From Bigelowiella natans CCMP2755 (Eukaryota > Protista > Cercozoa), in NCBI GenBank assembly GCA_000320545.1, contig ADNK01002770.1:1-64000 (forward strand): 64,000 nt of DNA, written 5' to 3'. The translations under genes and the position numbers were made by a program. Below are positions 15,589 through 29,986 of the stretch, in pieces (positions within the stretch are counted from its first letter, which is position 1; each line of letters begins with the position of its first letter). Below the pieces are notes generated by a model. The model was not told the origin of the DNA and searched no databases. It saw only the letters and a program-made list of their open reading frames with translations.

Positions 15589-15999
15589 AATGCCAGATGA
15601 GATCAAACAGAGGTTTGGGGTTCGGCGGTTTGGATTGGCGGCCGCCTTTAGCAGCTTCCCCCTCTCGCTCCTCGCCCTCACCCAAAAAAGTGCGCGCTGG
15701 TGTGTGGTAAAAGGAGAAGAAGACTTCGAGGCACAAGTCAAAATATCTACGATGTTTTCCGCTTGAATTAGATTCTATCTTGCCCCCTTTCTCTGAAAAG
15801 TGTACCGCGGGCCCGCAGTCACTGTTCGCGATTTGGGCGGGAATTTGCACATGCGCCCGGCAAAATCCATGAAAAAATGCCTCGACCTAACGAACGTTGG
15901 CATTTCCTTTCTCCTGCCAGCAGATTTTGTTTGCGACAGGCAAAGAAGCGAGACGCATGTGCGCGTTCCCCGACCACACTAGTCTGTTGTAACTGGATG

Positions 16000-17370
16000 C
16001 TCTTTTTTCTTGAATTCAGGAAAGCGGCATGCATTTCATGTTAAAATGATCGGGAGGATGGGCAAAGAGCCCAAAAAACGCCTGTTTGTACCAGCCGCTG
16101 GTCGACACGATGTTGGATTCTTGGGTCGAGGAGGCACGCCTGCAGCTGCATCATTGATTTGCTAGTGTTCTCCGCGAGTACCGTGATGTGGATTAGGCCG
16201 TGCGTCCAAACACTTCTTCTTCCAACGTTTTCTTCTTCTTCTTCTTTCGCTTGACAAGTGTCTGTTGTCTTAGCCACGCTAGCACGTGGCGTGCTCAGCC
16301 ACAACTGCTCAGCTGATCAGGCAGACTTGTCAATGAGACTTGTTCACTGTTTCTTTGGGAGCCCTGCAGTAGTCGCGTGTCGTTCTGTTCTACGTTTTCA
16401 CCACAACATGGCTGTGACACTAGGAAAAAGGTTTTTTACTGGATGAATGATGTTTCTAGCAACTCCAGAACTGCGCGGACATCGTCAGGTGCAGGCGGCT
16501 GGCAATCGCCAACCTTGCTTCAAGCGATGATTCATCATCTTCTTCTTCACGCATTCGGTGACACATTTCCTTGTTTGAAAGACGCATTTTGGCCAAATGG
16601 GCAAGCACAAAACAAATGGACGGGAAGAGCAGTGGCATTGCATTGGCATCGCACGTCGCAGCAGCCGACCAAAGCGCCAGTCCACTACTCTACTGCTGGA
16701 TAGCCTGGTGACAGAGTGATCGACAGTGAATTTAAAGTGGCAGTACACCTTCAGAAGGCGTTTTTTTCAGTCAGCCGTCGCTGAATAGGTGATTTTTCAG
16801 TGGATTATGAATTGTTCTTGTGCCGTTAGTGCACATTCTAGCGCATTGCAGATCGATGAAGAGTGACGGCCGCGTGTATTGTAGCATGAGCGCTTGGGAG
16901 TGCAGGTTGGCAAGATTATTCTGGAGCTTGTGACAGTAAATAACATTGACATAATAAGTATAAATACATTTTTGCATGCATTGCCATTCTTTGTTGTCGC
17001 GAGCGCATGCGGGTTTATGATAGACAACGCCATGCTTTGTAGGTTGTGAGCACAAAAGAAAGTTACTGGCAAATCTACGTGCTCCAGGTCGTGCCGCACC
17101 ACCACAAACACCTGGATAGCTGTGCTGATATGTTCATTTTTATTGCGAAAATGGACTGATGATGATGATTTTTCCAACATTGCAAATTGAAACTAGACAG
17201 TTGTTGACACGAGGTTGATCTCGTTTTCACGGTGCGCATGTAAACATTGCTGTTGCTGTTGCACATTGAATCCAGCAGTCGCATCGCATCAAACGATGCA
17301 TGGTTTTCCCAACGTGTAGAATAAGGTAAATGCTCATGAACAAAACAAGCCATTTCCTTTTTAATTCTTT
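16000..17370. other. CpG-eroded (TG/CA-rich) intergenic tract, possibly a decayed gene or TE
   Basis: No microsatellites, many TGCA/CATG words, broken ORF-like pieces (e.g. KEMCHRMREEEDDESSLEARL on -). No recognisable family. Confidence 0.4.
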
Positions 17371-17379
17371 ATTTCTCAT

Positions 17380-19011
17380 TTAACGACATTGATCTGGAGA
17401 AATTGCCACGAAACCCACACGTTGATTGGCCCTGTCGAAAATAGTGAGGAAAGGCTGCATGAAGTTGTCTCCTAGAATCGAACCGTCGGCAACATTCCCA
17501 GAAGAAATTCCGAGCGAATAGTACCCCTCTTTGTCACAAAGAAGTGATCCAGTCATTAAGTAGTGTTCAGGTCTTAGCTCGAGGACGACTCCGTCAGTAA
17601 ACTCGAATTGAAAAGCCGGATATGCAGCAATCTCGTCCTCAGACATTGCGACACACATCTCGGCATTGAATAGTGTTTTAGAAAGTGGTGCGTTGTGGGT
17701 CTGTGAGCAAATACCCTTCAATTTCGCGCCATTCTTGCATTTTTTGTAGAAAAAGTCTCTCAGTCCATCAAATGCTGTTCTTGGCAAGGTGATGGCTGTG
17801 CTGCCTGTTGTATTGCATTAACACTATGATCAGCTCCCATAATCAATGAAAACGGTTCATTTTGTTCAACATTTCAATATCAAATTTTACTGCAAAAAGC
17901 ATGCCATGCGTTTAAACACTGATGCGTGTCGACCTTGACACAATTAGTATGCTGATGAGTAACAATTGGTTTCTTTACCGCTGTCAACTATTGCCTCTCC
18001 GCGATTGAAGATCTCAGGAGGTACACCGATGCTCTCCCCGCCAACTTTCAGATCAAGCATTCGTACTGGATAAAAGCCTTCACTAGTTTGCTTTACCCAT
18101 TTAATCTCGCCTAGATTCTCAGCAGTCTTCATTACCTCAGAGCCAAAATACATCTGCCCCCCCTTCCCATGTAGGCACATGGCAAAAATGTTATCGACGA
18201 CACCGGCCGCAACCATGGATTCAAATGCCGTGGGACCTCCGCTGCTGGATTGAGAAGAGTATGCAAAACCTATAATGCCGTCGATTGTATAGGGTTGGAA
18301 GTGCTTTGACGCTTGATGGTATATTGCGCCGACAAGGGCGGGCGATTTAATACTCCCGAATGCCACGGTGTCTTGATATAAAACTCCCTTAAATCCAGAC
18401 CCGTCCGCATAAGACACTGACATTCCGCACTATTTCGGAAAACACCAAAAAGTATCAGTCGAAAGCCGGGCATCATTCCTACTCTTCTTCTGCATGCAAA
18501 ACACAGGACGGACCTTAGAGCGATAATGGCACGGATGACAGCTCACGTTCAGATTGTTATTGCATGGAAGAAGCTCTGCCCCTGTTTCGTCTGGATTGTA
18601 CCATGTGTCCTAGAAGAAACAGAAGATTTTGAGGGAAGTCCTTCACACATTACAGGACAATATCTGGCTTACAATGTGCTCCTCGCAGCCGCTGCAGCCT
18701 AGAGCCGGGATCCCAAGGTCGCTCGAGCCAGTATCGACTTGCACCCTAAACGGCTTTGGGTTGTTCTTCCCAACCTGGATCTCGATGAAGTACTCCCCAT
18801 CCTTGAGAAAGTCGCCGCCCATTGGGACTTGAGAGGTGTTAAATGTGCTGGAGTAGTTCAATCGTCTCCTCGCCATCATCTCGCGAACCTCGGTTAGATT
18901 TCTCCTGTTGCGGATAAGCGGCATCGTGAAACCTCTGCCGCTCTCCTCGCCAGCCCTCACATGCGCGGGCCGGCAGAACCAGAGGAGAAAGAACAACGCA
19001 GCGGATTCCAT
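17380..19011 (-). CDS. Secreted pepsin-like aspartic protease (peptidase A1), 4 exons, 436 aa
   Basis: Exons 19011-18673, 18609-18514, 18429-17979, 17804-17380, all GT-AG and in frame (1311 nt). Signal peptide MESAALFFLLWFC; catalytic motifs VDTGSSDL and IVDSGST (split by intron 3); flap SYADGS; DGIIGFA; ILGDNFM..FDRANQRVGF. Confidence 0.95.
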
Positions 19012-19397
19012 CTTCGGATAACGCGGGGATTGCACAGCGGCGTTACAAACTGATTTCGAGATGAACGGGGAATCTCTGAAAGATCTCCAATAAATTAGTT
19101 TCGGGATTCGAGATTTCCAGGAGAAAAAGAATGTGCTCTTTTGCCGCTTAGTGGAAAACGCAGGCAGGCCGGTTAAAGGAAAGGGTAGAACTTCCTCTCG
19201 TAGTTTTTTTGTTGGGGGAAATACCACTATGAATGTCCAAGTGTTACTGCAGTGGATGTTTCCGGGAGAAATTATTAGCAGGTTGAAGTATTCATTATGG
19301 TGTTCATTTATCCGGGAAACATCTGAAATTTTTTAATCATCTTTTTCATTTTCAACTATTCCTTGCCACCTCAACCAATTTTGCCCCCTCCCCCGTC

Positions 19398-19822
19398 ATG
19401 ACGAGGCGACGCGGCTCGCGCAGGAATGTTTCCTGGCGAGCGGCGAATGTGTTCATCGCCGTAATCATGGTGGTCGTCGGGAGTTGGAGCGGTAGAACCG
19501 GATGTAAAGCGAGAAGCCAAGGTGAGAGAACACGTGAATCTTTAGGCTTGCTTCGACCCTCATCACATGTAATGACTATTTGTGGCGCAAAGGACGGCTG
19601 GCGGGGCCTATCTTTAGCCTAGGGTCGAGCCTCGAGGTCCCAACTCCCCTCCCTAGTGACCATGGCTATGGGGTCTCCAAAACTGAGGCGCGGGGAGGCG
19701 GCGAAGCAAACGCTAAATCCATTCCATATCGGTGAGGATGGATTGCAAGACATTAGCCCCACATTATGGATCAATCTAAGAGGATAGGAGCATGCACACG
19801 CACCTGCACACATACAAACACG

Positions 19823-19877
<55 letters not shown>

Positions 19878-20661
19878 TGTTTAAATTAAATCGTCGCGGT
19901 TCCGCTTATTTCAGGGTTTATCGAGATCTATATCCGGAGCTGAAAGACATATCAGAATGGGGTCCTCGGGCGATGGAGCAGCAGATTCGAGAAAAGGTAG
20001 AGCACGCCTTCCTGCATTTGCGAAGCGGGGGTGGTGAACGAGCGTTGTTGTGCTCGGAAAGAGAATGCGTCGATGGCGATTTGAAGCTTTTCGGTGTCCC
20101 TTGACGGTGTGTGAGTGTGTTGGTTTCCTATGCGACGCGGTGTTTCCAATCGATGCGTGGTATATGTCACAGACCCTGCTCATGAAGAAGACAATTGAAA
20201 AACTGACCTCGGAGCATCTCCAACGTATGCATATTACACCCTTAACAAACACAAGCAAGTAGGCTGACCAATCACCTGCCAACGCCCAGCATGAATGCAC
20301 AAGAACACCTCGCCGTCGATTGCCTATGCGACACAGAAATAATCTAATCTCAGGATTCAAGCAGGACCCCATTCCCGTTCTTGGTTCAGGCTCCGATGTA
20401 ATTTTACTCAAACTTTAGCGTTTGTATGCTCTCCCTATACCTAATCGCGGTGCTTTGCGTGCCATCGTACACCTGCTCTTCGTCATTAATATGAATACAC
20501 AGCACTTCCGCTGATGAGGGTGCACTTGATGCCGTATATCAGGAAGACATTTTGTCATCTCTCAAGAAAGCACATGAGAGACCGGCGCAAGGGTATGGTG
20601 AGCAGTTGTGATGATGATGCGGCCGACACCGTTAGGCTTGCATGCCTTTGCGCGTATAAAT

Positions 20662-20703
<42 letters not shown>

Positions 20704-20864
20704 TTTGTATATATTATATATGTGTGTGCGTGTATATATGTTCATGTTTATATGCGTTGTTGAATTCTATGCTCCCCTCCCCCCACCCACAGGTTCTACG
20801 ATTTCGGGAGTGGAAAAGTGGAGGGGGCTAATATATCGTCCACCTCTACCCCAAGTACGAGTGC

Positions 20865-20902
<38 letters not shown>

Positions 20903-20979
20903 ATATATGTTTATATTTATATATTCATAGATACAACGCACACGCACACATATATATAACATACTCATGTTGTATTAAT

Positions 20980-21014
<35 letters not shown>

Positions 21015-21023
21015 CATATGTAA

Positions 21024-21063
<40 letters not shown>

Positions 21064-21434
21064 CTTATTATCTATATAACAGTATCCACATGTCATTTAT
21101 GCCAGGTGACGACGAGCCAATGCAGCAGATGGCGATTAAGTTTCACAGTATCGACTCCAACCACTCAGCCCCATTTGGTTTGATTCGATATAGAGCGAGA
21201 GTGGGAGAGAAAGGGGGGGGGTTGGGGGGGGGATGAGAAAGAGAGACTTGTTTCGATTAGATGTTACCCTCTGGCTGTGCTAGCACCATGATGCTCTAAC
21301 ATCTGAACGTAAATGGCCATGCTTATAGACTACACTAGTACCGCATTTTGATGCGCCTCTAATGCTTTTACAGGGCCACCAGATGAATCAGAGAATAGTG
21401 ATACTAGAGTAATTTACCCCAGAATACACTGCAA

Positions 21435-21470
<36 letters not shown>

Positions 21471-21581
21471 GCACAAGCAGATACGCATACATATGCATAT
21501 GAAGATACAGAGAGAGAAGCGATCATATAATTTTTTCGTTCCACCTCACAAATGGAAGTTTATAAATATGTACGTGCGTAC

Positions 21582-21618
<37 letters not shown>

Positions 21619-24600
21619 TTGTTTCACACGCACGTTTATGCTCGTTTGACAACCAAACAGGGAAAGGGATTTCGAAGGCAGCTAGATCAGAAATATTACA
21701 TGTATGGTACTCAATGGATACACAACACAGCAGCAACAAGAGCGCACGCAAACCTGGCACGGCGCCCCACAGAATACTTTCACACACACACGCACGCAGG
21801 CACGCACGCACGCACGCACGTGATAGTTCATCTCCTACCACGCATGTGCCTTATCTAGATTGCGCTCGTTGATCGGCTCGGATCGATTGCTCAGAAAGGA
21901 GTAAGGACTTGCGGCTCAAACCACCTGCCGTAGTGCATATATCCCCCACTCTCTGACACCTGCGCCGACAACGCACATGAACGTTTGCTATATTGCTTGA
22001 AATCCAACAACCTTCCTTTCGATTTGCGACTTATGCTCTAATTCGTGCGTGCGCGTGCGCGTGGGCGTGGTGCGTTTGTCGGTGCGACGTCTTCTTCGTC
22101 AGAGTGTACGATGAGCTGGATGAAGAGATGCAATCGTGGTGAGGCGAGAGGGCAAAGAAGAAGAAGGAGAATAAGAAGGAGGAGGAAACGACTCAAAATA
22201 GTTCTGCAAATGTGTATCATATTATATATGTGCGCGTGTGTTATACCACCCTCAAGCGTGTGCGTATATGCGCGTCTGCCTGCACAGGTGGGGCTCACGA
22301 ATGATACGACCCTTTGACCCTGAGGAGAAGGCCATTTATTTGAAACGACAGCAAATCAGACGCGAGCTGACGTCAATAGGTTCTTCCATCCACGCATCTT
22401 AGTATACCTCATGTCCCTACTAGCTGAAGTGTGTGTGCTTGTGTGTGTGTGTGTGTGTGTGCGTGTCTGCGTGGGTATGCAAATAAATCCAGGGCGCTCG
22501 GGGGGGGGGCATGGCCCGCCAAAGGTAGCGAAATCACTTGATTTTCCACTCAGGATTTTTATTCTTTTTTTCTAAAAAAAAAAAATTGTATCGATGGCAC
22601 CCAAATATATGCAAGCGAAGCTCGTAGCTCACTGTATGAGGCGTTGTCCCTTTTCTAGCGGTTTTATCTTTTGCTACTTCTTTGCAATATTACAAAGGCG
22701 AGGAGGTCTCAAAGCTACGACATCGATCGGGCAGCGGAGGGAGACGAGCAGTTGTTTGATGTAGATTTGGAAGAGGTATTGCTCATTTTCCCAGGCTAAA
22801 TCAGCTTCGGCGTGTGTTGTTAAAACAAGAGACTTTGTACTTCAACGCCAGCGCAGCCCTTCTTTAGACGTATTTTGCGCCTAAATTGAAAACATATAAA
22901 AAAAATTAAAAAAATGCATGGAGAAGAGAGCATATCACCCTCAAAGAAACCCTACTGTACCCACAGCAATGATGCTCGCAAGCTGCATCTTTGTATCTTC
23001 CTTGTAGCTTAGAGCGGACAGCAGCATTCTGTACGTCGCAGGGCACTGGCCCTAGTTTTCACACTGGTTTTGCGCTCATTTTGGCCAGGTCTCGAGCGAT
23101 GCCTTCTCCGATTCAGAGAGGAAGAAGCTTCAGAATAGGAAGAAGAGGCCTCTGCAAGGAAGTACGTGCCTTTTCTTTAGTCCTTTGCGAGCATTTCTCA
23201 TTGAATTGGTGGGTGCATCACGGGGAACTGACGACGCATCTTGCCCACCATCCAGAGCTCCGCTGCGATCCCGGGCACCGTGACAGTTCCGTGCTGAAAT
23301 CGTCCAAGCGCCTCGCAGCGCCGGTGAAACCGAAGGGAAAGCCCCGACGGCCAGGAAAGGGCAGGGGGGGGGATGCGAAGACATTTGCGTCCCTGATGAA
23401 GCAGCAGCGGAAGGAGGAAATGGCGGGTAGGAGCGACGATGCGGAGGAGGTTGGCGCCAACAGCGAGGCTACGGTTGATTCGGAAGAGGCTGCAAAGCAG
23501 CTCTTTGACCCCAAGTTCAGACGGAGTCTGATGGATAAGGTACACGATGGACATCTATGAGACCGTGATCGAGGGCTGCAGAAGAGTGACGATAGTTAAG
23601 ATGATGATATGGGGGGGGGGGGGAGGATACGGAAGAGATGTTGGTAGAGGACTTCCAAGATAAATTCATTAAATTTCTATCATTTTTGTGTTCTAAATAA
23701 CACGATTTTCCCTCGGAGAATACCGCCAACGGGTGCGCGTGTGTGCGTGTGTTTTATTGTTTTTGAACTTCAATCAGGAGATGAAAAGCAAAGCAGGGGG
23801 GAATAGTAAAGGCAAAATCGAGGAGGAGGAAGAAGACGATGAAGATATAGAAAAGCTTTTTATGCAGGCAATGTTTAGAACACAAAAGCCACGCAATTCT
23901 TTTCGCCATTCCGCCCTGACGGCCAAGGCGATGATTCGTTATCGCTCCGATTTCAGATAAGAATTGCGCGTTTTTTCCCCAGATCTCTCAGTCCGATGAA
24001 GGGGAGATTCCAGGCGGCGCGAGGAGGAAAGACGCCGGTGCCGGCGACTTCTCGCCGGTTGACAAGGATTTCGAGGAGATGGAGAAGAAAAAGAAGAAGA
24101 AAAGAGGTGCGAGCTTGCATGTTAATTGCATCAACGAGGATGAATTGCAAGCAAGGAGCACATCAGCATCGCAAGCAAGCCTATGTGTCGCGCGGCGCGT
24201 GTGCGTCTTTGTTAGTATCCAATGTTCATTGTTTTCAATTCGGCTATCGAGCAGGTGACGTTATCACCATAAGCACCTCCATCATTCGGAAGTACAACTA
24301 CACACTCTCCTCAAGTACGTGCTTCTTTAGATTGTTGTCGCATGCTAGCAATAGGAGTAGAAACATCGTCAGTTATCTTCCATAGTGTTTTTTGCCCCGT
24401 TTAATTGATGCATTCATTCTGAAGATATACCGCGGGGTGAAGCTCAAAGACTTTTGTCATGGCTTTTTTCCTCCGATGTTTCCCCTATTCCTGCTTTCTG
24501 AATAACGACTATTGTCCCACGCCATTTTGGCGCGTCGCGTGTGTCATATGGAGGAGTTCGGTCTTTCCGAAACCCCCACTTCAGTGTGTTCTATATTTGC

Positions 24601-25250
24601 AAAAAAGAGTTTTTGCGGCCATTTTGCCGCCGTCGCATTTCGCCCTGTCTTGAGCCAACGCTGCTTGACGTGAATCAGATGACGAAGAGTATTTGAGGCT
24701 GAAGCAGAATGAATCCGCTGCCTCTCCCAGTCTGACCGAGTTGGAGTTCCAACACGACCTGGTGCGCCAGGCTCGCAACGCGCACAACGCGTCAACCAAA
24801 CTGCCTCACTCTGCGCGTGCATAGGCGGGGGCATACTGATTCATAAGATAGAACGCGCGCACACCCAAGCGCACACATACAGAAAGAGAAAGAGAGGGCG
24901 AGAAAGAAAGAGAGAAAGAGAGCGAGGGAGCGAGAAGGAGATCTATGCAGAAGCCCTTGCATAAAGCATAAAATCTAACTATCAATCTTGCATCGCGCCA
25001 GCGTTCAAATGTCGCATATATCTTTTGAGCACATTGCTCATCCGCTTCCCACCCCTCCCCCTCCTCTCCCCCCCGACTCATCTACTGCTACACTGTAGGC
25101 CCAGATTTCTCAGGATGAGGAGAGGTCCAGCCTAGATACGGAGCAAAAAAATCTTATTAAAAGCCTTAAGAAGGTAAGGCAGGCACACTACCACGAACAC
25201 ACGTGCAGACACGTATATTATGCATAAAAATATATGTATATTATATATCA

Positions 25251-25284
<34 letters not shown>

Positions 25285-25541
25285 GTATATATTTGTACGC
25301 GCGCGCGTAAGCACAATGCACTATAAACAATGCATACGAGACACGCAAATATTTACAAAGAAAGACGAATAACATGTGCATGCGGCAAACAACAACATCA
25401 TCATCATCATCAACAACAACAACAACAACTAGGGCCAGTTCGTGATCGATGGGGAGATCTTCAATGAATACGGGGAGATGATACGGGTGGTTTTCAAACA
25501 ACTCTGAAACACGAAATGAATTTGTAGTAATATATATCAAA

Positions 25542-25578
<37 letters not shown>

Positions 25579-25613
25579 GCGCGCGCGTGCATATACACAT
25601 AAAAAAGTTCATA

Positions 25614-25652
<39 letters not shown>

Positions 25653-25703
25653 TATTTACTTTTAAATTCAAGGATATAATTTTCCAATTTGGTTTATGGC
25701 CAT

Positions 25704-25764
<61 letters not shown>

Positions 25765-26104
25765 CTGTCGTGTATATGTACGATACGACAGCCGGAGGAA
25801 CCTGTCAAGTACATAGGCGGTGCTGTTCCTATCTTATATCAAATGTCCGGGTATTTAATCATCACTGAAACGACAGTATATGGGCGCGTTCTTGAGCGCT
25901 GTTTGCCACTGCTGAACGTTGGAACGAACGCCTTGACGCCTGTAGCAGCTAATAGTGCGAAATCTTTCGCGCATATATTCTCTGTTTCTTCGCGCGCACG
26001 ATTATATTGATTATGGCTGGAGGTTGATGCTTGGCACATTCGTTAGAATGTATAGCGTTGAGGCGTGTGTTTCTCCAATAGTCAAGCGTCATATGATAAT
26101 AAAC

Positions 26105-26149
<45 letters not shown>

Positions 26150-26323
26150 TTAAATTTACATGTATATATTATCCATATATGTTCGTTGTTGTGTTTAGTT
26201 TCGCAACCCCGCTAATCAACGAGTTCTCCTGGATGGACCTTGCTATGATCAGGAGGAATAACAAGAATGGCAGATACACTGTTAGGTAATGCTTATGGGA
26301 GGGGGAAGTAGAGGACGCGCGTG

Positions 26324-26372
<49 letters not shown>

Positions 26373-26532
26373 GTCTCTCTGTGTGTGTGTTTGTTTTCGT
26401 TTGTAGCTGTGTGCATATATCAGTGATATAACTGCTTGATGATCTTTTGTGAATGATGCCGCAATTCAGGGTAAAGGACACGTACGAAGCTCGGTTTGTC
26501 GGTGCGATGTTAATGATATATGATGAATAAAA

Positions 26533-26579
<47 letters not shown>

Positions 26580-27816
26580 TTCAATATGCATTGTTATTCA
26601 TACCCGAAGATAAAAAGATGCGACACTCATGCTTGTGAGCAGGCCTTGCAAACAAGACGCTGCATAACGTGGAAGCGAAGCATATCCGGGAAAAACCCTA
26701 CCTAGAATGCGGGTGCGCGCTTTTAGTTTTGAGTGTTGATCACTGCACGCGACTCCGAAATGCAAGAGAGAAATAAAACCATATTTCCCGCGAGTTTAGA
26801 CAGACCTCGCGACAACCCCGCGACCGCACGGATCCGCACAAACACGCACACACGCATGATCAGGTGGTACCAAGTGCTGAACGAGAAGGGGATTAAACTC
26901 GCATGTAAGGCGCAGCGAGGAGGAGTTGCCAAAAATAAGAAGAAGAAGATGATGATGATGATGATGATGATGAAGAAGAAGAAATCGATGGTGTTAGCGA
27001 CGGTGGTGGTGGTGGAGACGTAGACGCCATTGTCTTCAACCTATCAAGTATATGTTTTCTCGTAAACTGACCGATTCCCAGCCATTCTCTTAAATACACC
27101 TGCTCTACCTCGTGCAAAGAGTAGCAAAGTAAGTGCCAAGATGACTCATATTCCATCTCCCTCCCATTAGATACAAAGCAAGCTGCGGAGAACCCAATGG
27201 GCTTTAGGCCGGTAATAGCAGACGCATTTGCACCGAAAACAGCGTTCCTTGCTATGTGGTTATCTGAGGATGGTAGCAAGGAGAGAAGATTCGGTTTTCT
27301 GCTTCTTCGCATGTGCACGTTTTGGTGTATTTGCGGGTGTCAGGTCTTGTGGATTCGTTGTTTTGATTTTTGTATTCCAAACCCCTTCCCCCCCCCCCTT
27401 CCCTCCCTTACCACCCTTCCCCCTGCCAAAATGAAATCTGAATGAAAAGGCGGCGAAAGTGAAGCAGGACGAGATCGTCTTTGTCGATGAGGTAGTGCGG
27501 AAACTGCACCGTTGCAATGTGTGGTGTTTGCGAGAGAGGGTGAGAAGACAGCGGTGGTGAAAAGCCTTTACTAATTATCTCCTATAAACATATCCGCTAT
27601 CTTCGTGAGTAGCACAACTCCCCTCGTCAGCACTGCCGCCATCCTTTTTCTCGCGCCGTCGCAGCTTGGTTTTGACTGATGACTTCGTACATAACACAGA
27701 TCGATGAAGAATCGGCGCATATTCTTGGGCCGGTTGAGGGTGATATTGCACTGTTATTTTCAATGCGACAGTGTTCTTATGCGTGTTGCTTGCGCACATC
27801 AATATATCAATAGTTG

Positions 27817-27854
<38 letters not shown>

Positions 27855-28088
27855 CATATTCGTTGAAACACACCCAGCGGAGGAAATGGCGTTTTTGTGT
27901 GACTTCTTTCTACTGTCCTTTTGCCCTTTTTTATCGTAAACAGGCTGGACGAAAATCGTCGACGACTCAACGCTGAAACCGGTTTGAAAAATGGGCTCTT
28001 TCCCTTTGGAGACGCAGATATACAATATCTAATATTGCATACACATATATATTTGTGTGCGTGTGTGTGTGCGTGTGCGCGCGCGCGC

Positions 28089-28119
<31 letters not shown>

Positions 28120-28473
28120 CGTGCGTTAATGTAGATACAGAAAGGTTATATAGAGATTCTTTATCCATTTACATGTACATAAAGAAATGGTACTTCTCAG
28201 AAAATGCGTCCCTCGACTCGTCTAAAGCAGTTCATGGACACTAGCACCAAATGGATATCAAAGCGAACGCAACACGTAGTGCTGATACTTCCGCCGCGAC
28301 CTTCTTGCTTTCGCATGCACATTTAATACATATATATATATATATATATTTATTTATTTATTTATATCCACACACATTAATCGATGCACAAATCGTTATA
28401 GGTACGACTGCGAGTAGAGGATTACACGGTATGGCATGAACCATGCAGAAGGAGGCAATGTTTAGAAGAATAG
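19398..28473 (+). CDS. Multi-exon protein with N-terminal signal peptide, long charged region and C-terminal Tudor-like and SH3-like domains
   Basis: ATG 19398 ([28 protein letters not shown]). More than 20 exons, mostly phase-consistent, some junctions unresolved. C-terminal [16 protein letters not shown]...[10 protein letters not shown] (Tudor/Agenet-like) and [43 protein letters not shown] (SH3-like beta-barrel). Exact 3' end is uncertain. Confidence 0.6.
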
Positions 28474-28735
28474 ATAAGCGGATGAGTGTAGATTTCGAAA
28501 CGCTCCGAAAATGCAGCTTTCGAGCGGCGAAGTGCCGATGAGTACACAAGCATGTTTCCGGTCGTTTCTTTGAGTTCTTTGTTGATGGAGAGTCGGTCAC
28601 GTGTCGGTCTTGGGTGTGCACTTGTGTGGCGAAATGCCGTTAGATATTCATGATACGTGCGATTCCTCCCAACCAAGTGCCTAAAGGGAAAGTGCTGCTT
28701 TTGTGTGGTATTGAGAAGCCATTTGTCATTTGAAT

Positions 28736-28772
<37 letters not shown>

Positions 28773-29623
28773 ATCTTCTTATCTATCGTTTCGCGAAGAT
28801 CTCACGATTCTTTTTTTTCCCTTCATCCCCTTCCCCCCCTCTATTCTGCGTCTGTACTCCTCGTGAAAGCAATGTATGGGAGGGGGAGAGGAAGGGGGTG
28901 GAGGGGGGGAGACGAGGCGTTTTTCAATACGCTTCATCGTCTACATCGTCTACATACTCACGCGTGCAATTAGGTCATGAACGTCGAGCCGAGGAGTGGG
29001 AAAAGAGCGGATTTATGCACAGAATGATGGACATGGGATATGCAGGTGTTGTTTGTTGCTTGTCGCTGAGAGTGAGTTAGATGCGCGTGCATCCCTTCGC
29101 GTGCTCCTGCTACTGGTTATTCAAGATATGTGTTCCGTGGTTTGTGTTTGCTTTTTCCCCACCAACGATGACTACACAGTCGTTGCGATCGATCTTTCCG
29201 GGGGAGGGCAGTAGCCAAGGTCTCGCTTTCGCCAATCAACCCACACGCGATGCTGCTTTATGGTGCTTGGCTGTTATTGTTTCCGACTTTGATAACAATC
29301 CGGTTTTTCACGACGTTTGAAGGGGAATACGCCTTGGGCGGTCGTGCTGTAAAGTCGCAATGGCTGCGCGTCGTCATCGAGTGCCTCGCGCTCGAGCCTG
29401 TCTTCCTCGTCGCGCCTCACTCAAGCACGTGGTTGATTCCAAAGATGAAAGAGAGCAGTCAACGAAGAACAACGATTTTGCCAAGCTTTCTCATGCGCCG
29501 ATCTAGTTGAGGACGGGCTCGATGAGAAATCCCCCCCCTCTTTTTTAATTCCAACCTTTTCCGGATTCGTATCTCTTTTCGCAATAGCCTCTAGCTACAC
29601 TTGGAGGCAATCAGCGAGGCGCG

Positions 29624-29860
29624 ATGACGAATCGTGAGAGTGCCGCAGATGCTTCCTGTCGTTCGTGCCAACTGCGGGGTTTCGTTTGTAGATTTAGCAG
29701 TTTGTCGTGTTGTTGTGTTCGCAAGGTACGCTCTCCCATTTGCTCTCTACAATCCAACGAAGATCATCGGGTAGATTTACGCATCAGTGGCGCATTTAGT
29801 GTTCTAAATGGCGATTTCTTACGAGCATTAACGATACCGCGCGCGCACACACACACACAT

Positions 29861-29898
<38 letters not shown>

Positions 29899-29986
29899 GT
29901 TATTATTTATTTGTTTATAATGTGTATAAATATTAAATATACACACACATGCACAAATACAATAATACACACACACACACACACAC

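Noticed and set aside
28500-29600. Possible extra gene between the SH3-like and QCR7-like genes
   Set aside because: No phase-consistent exon chain or recognisable motif on either strand.
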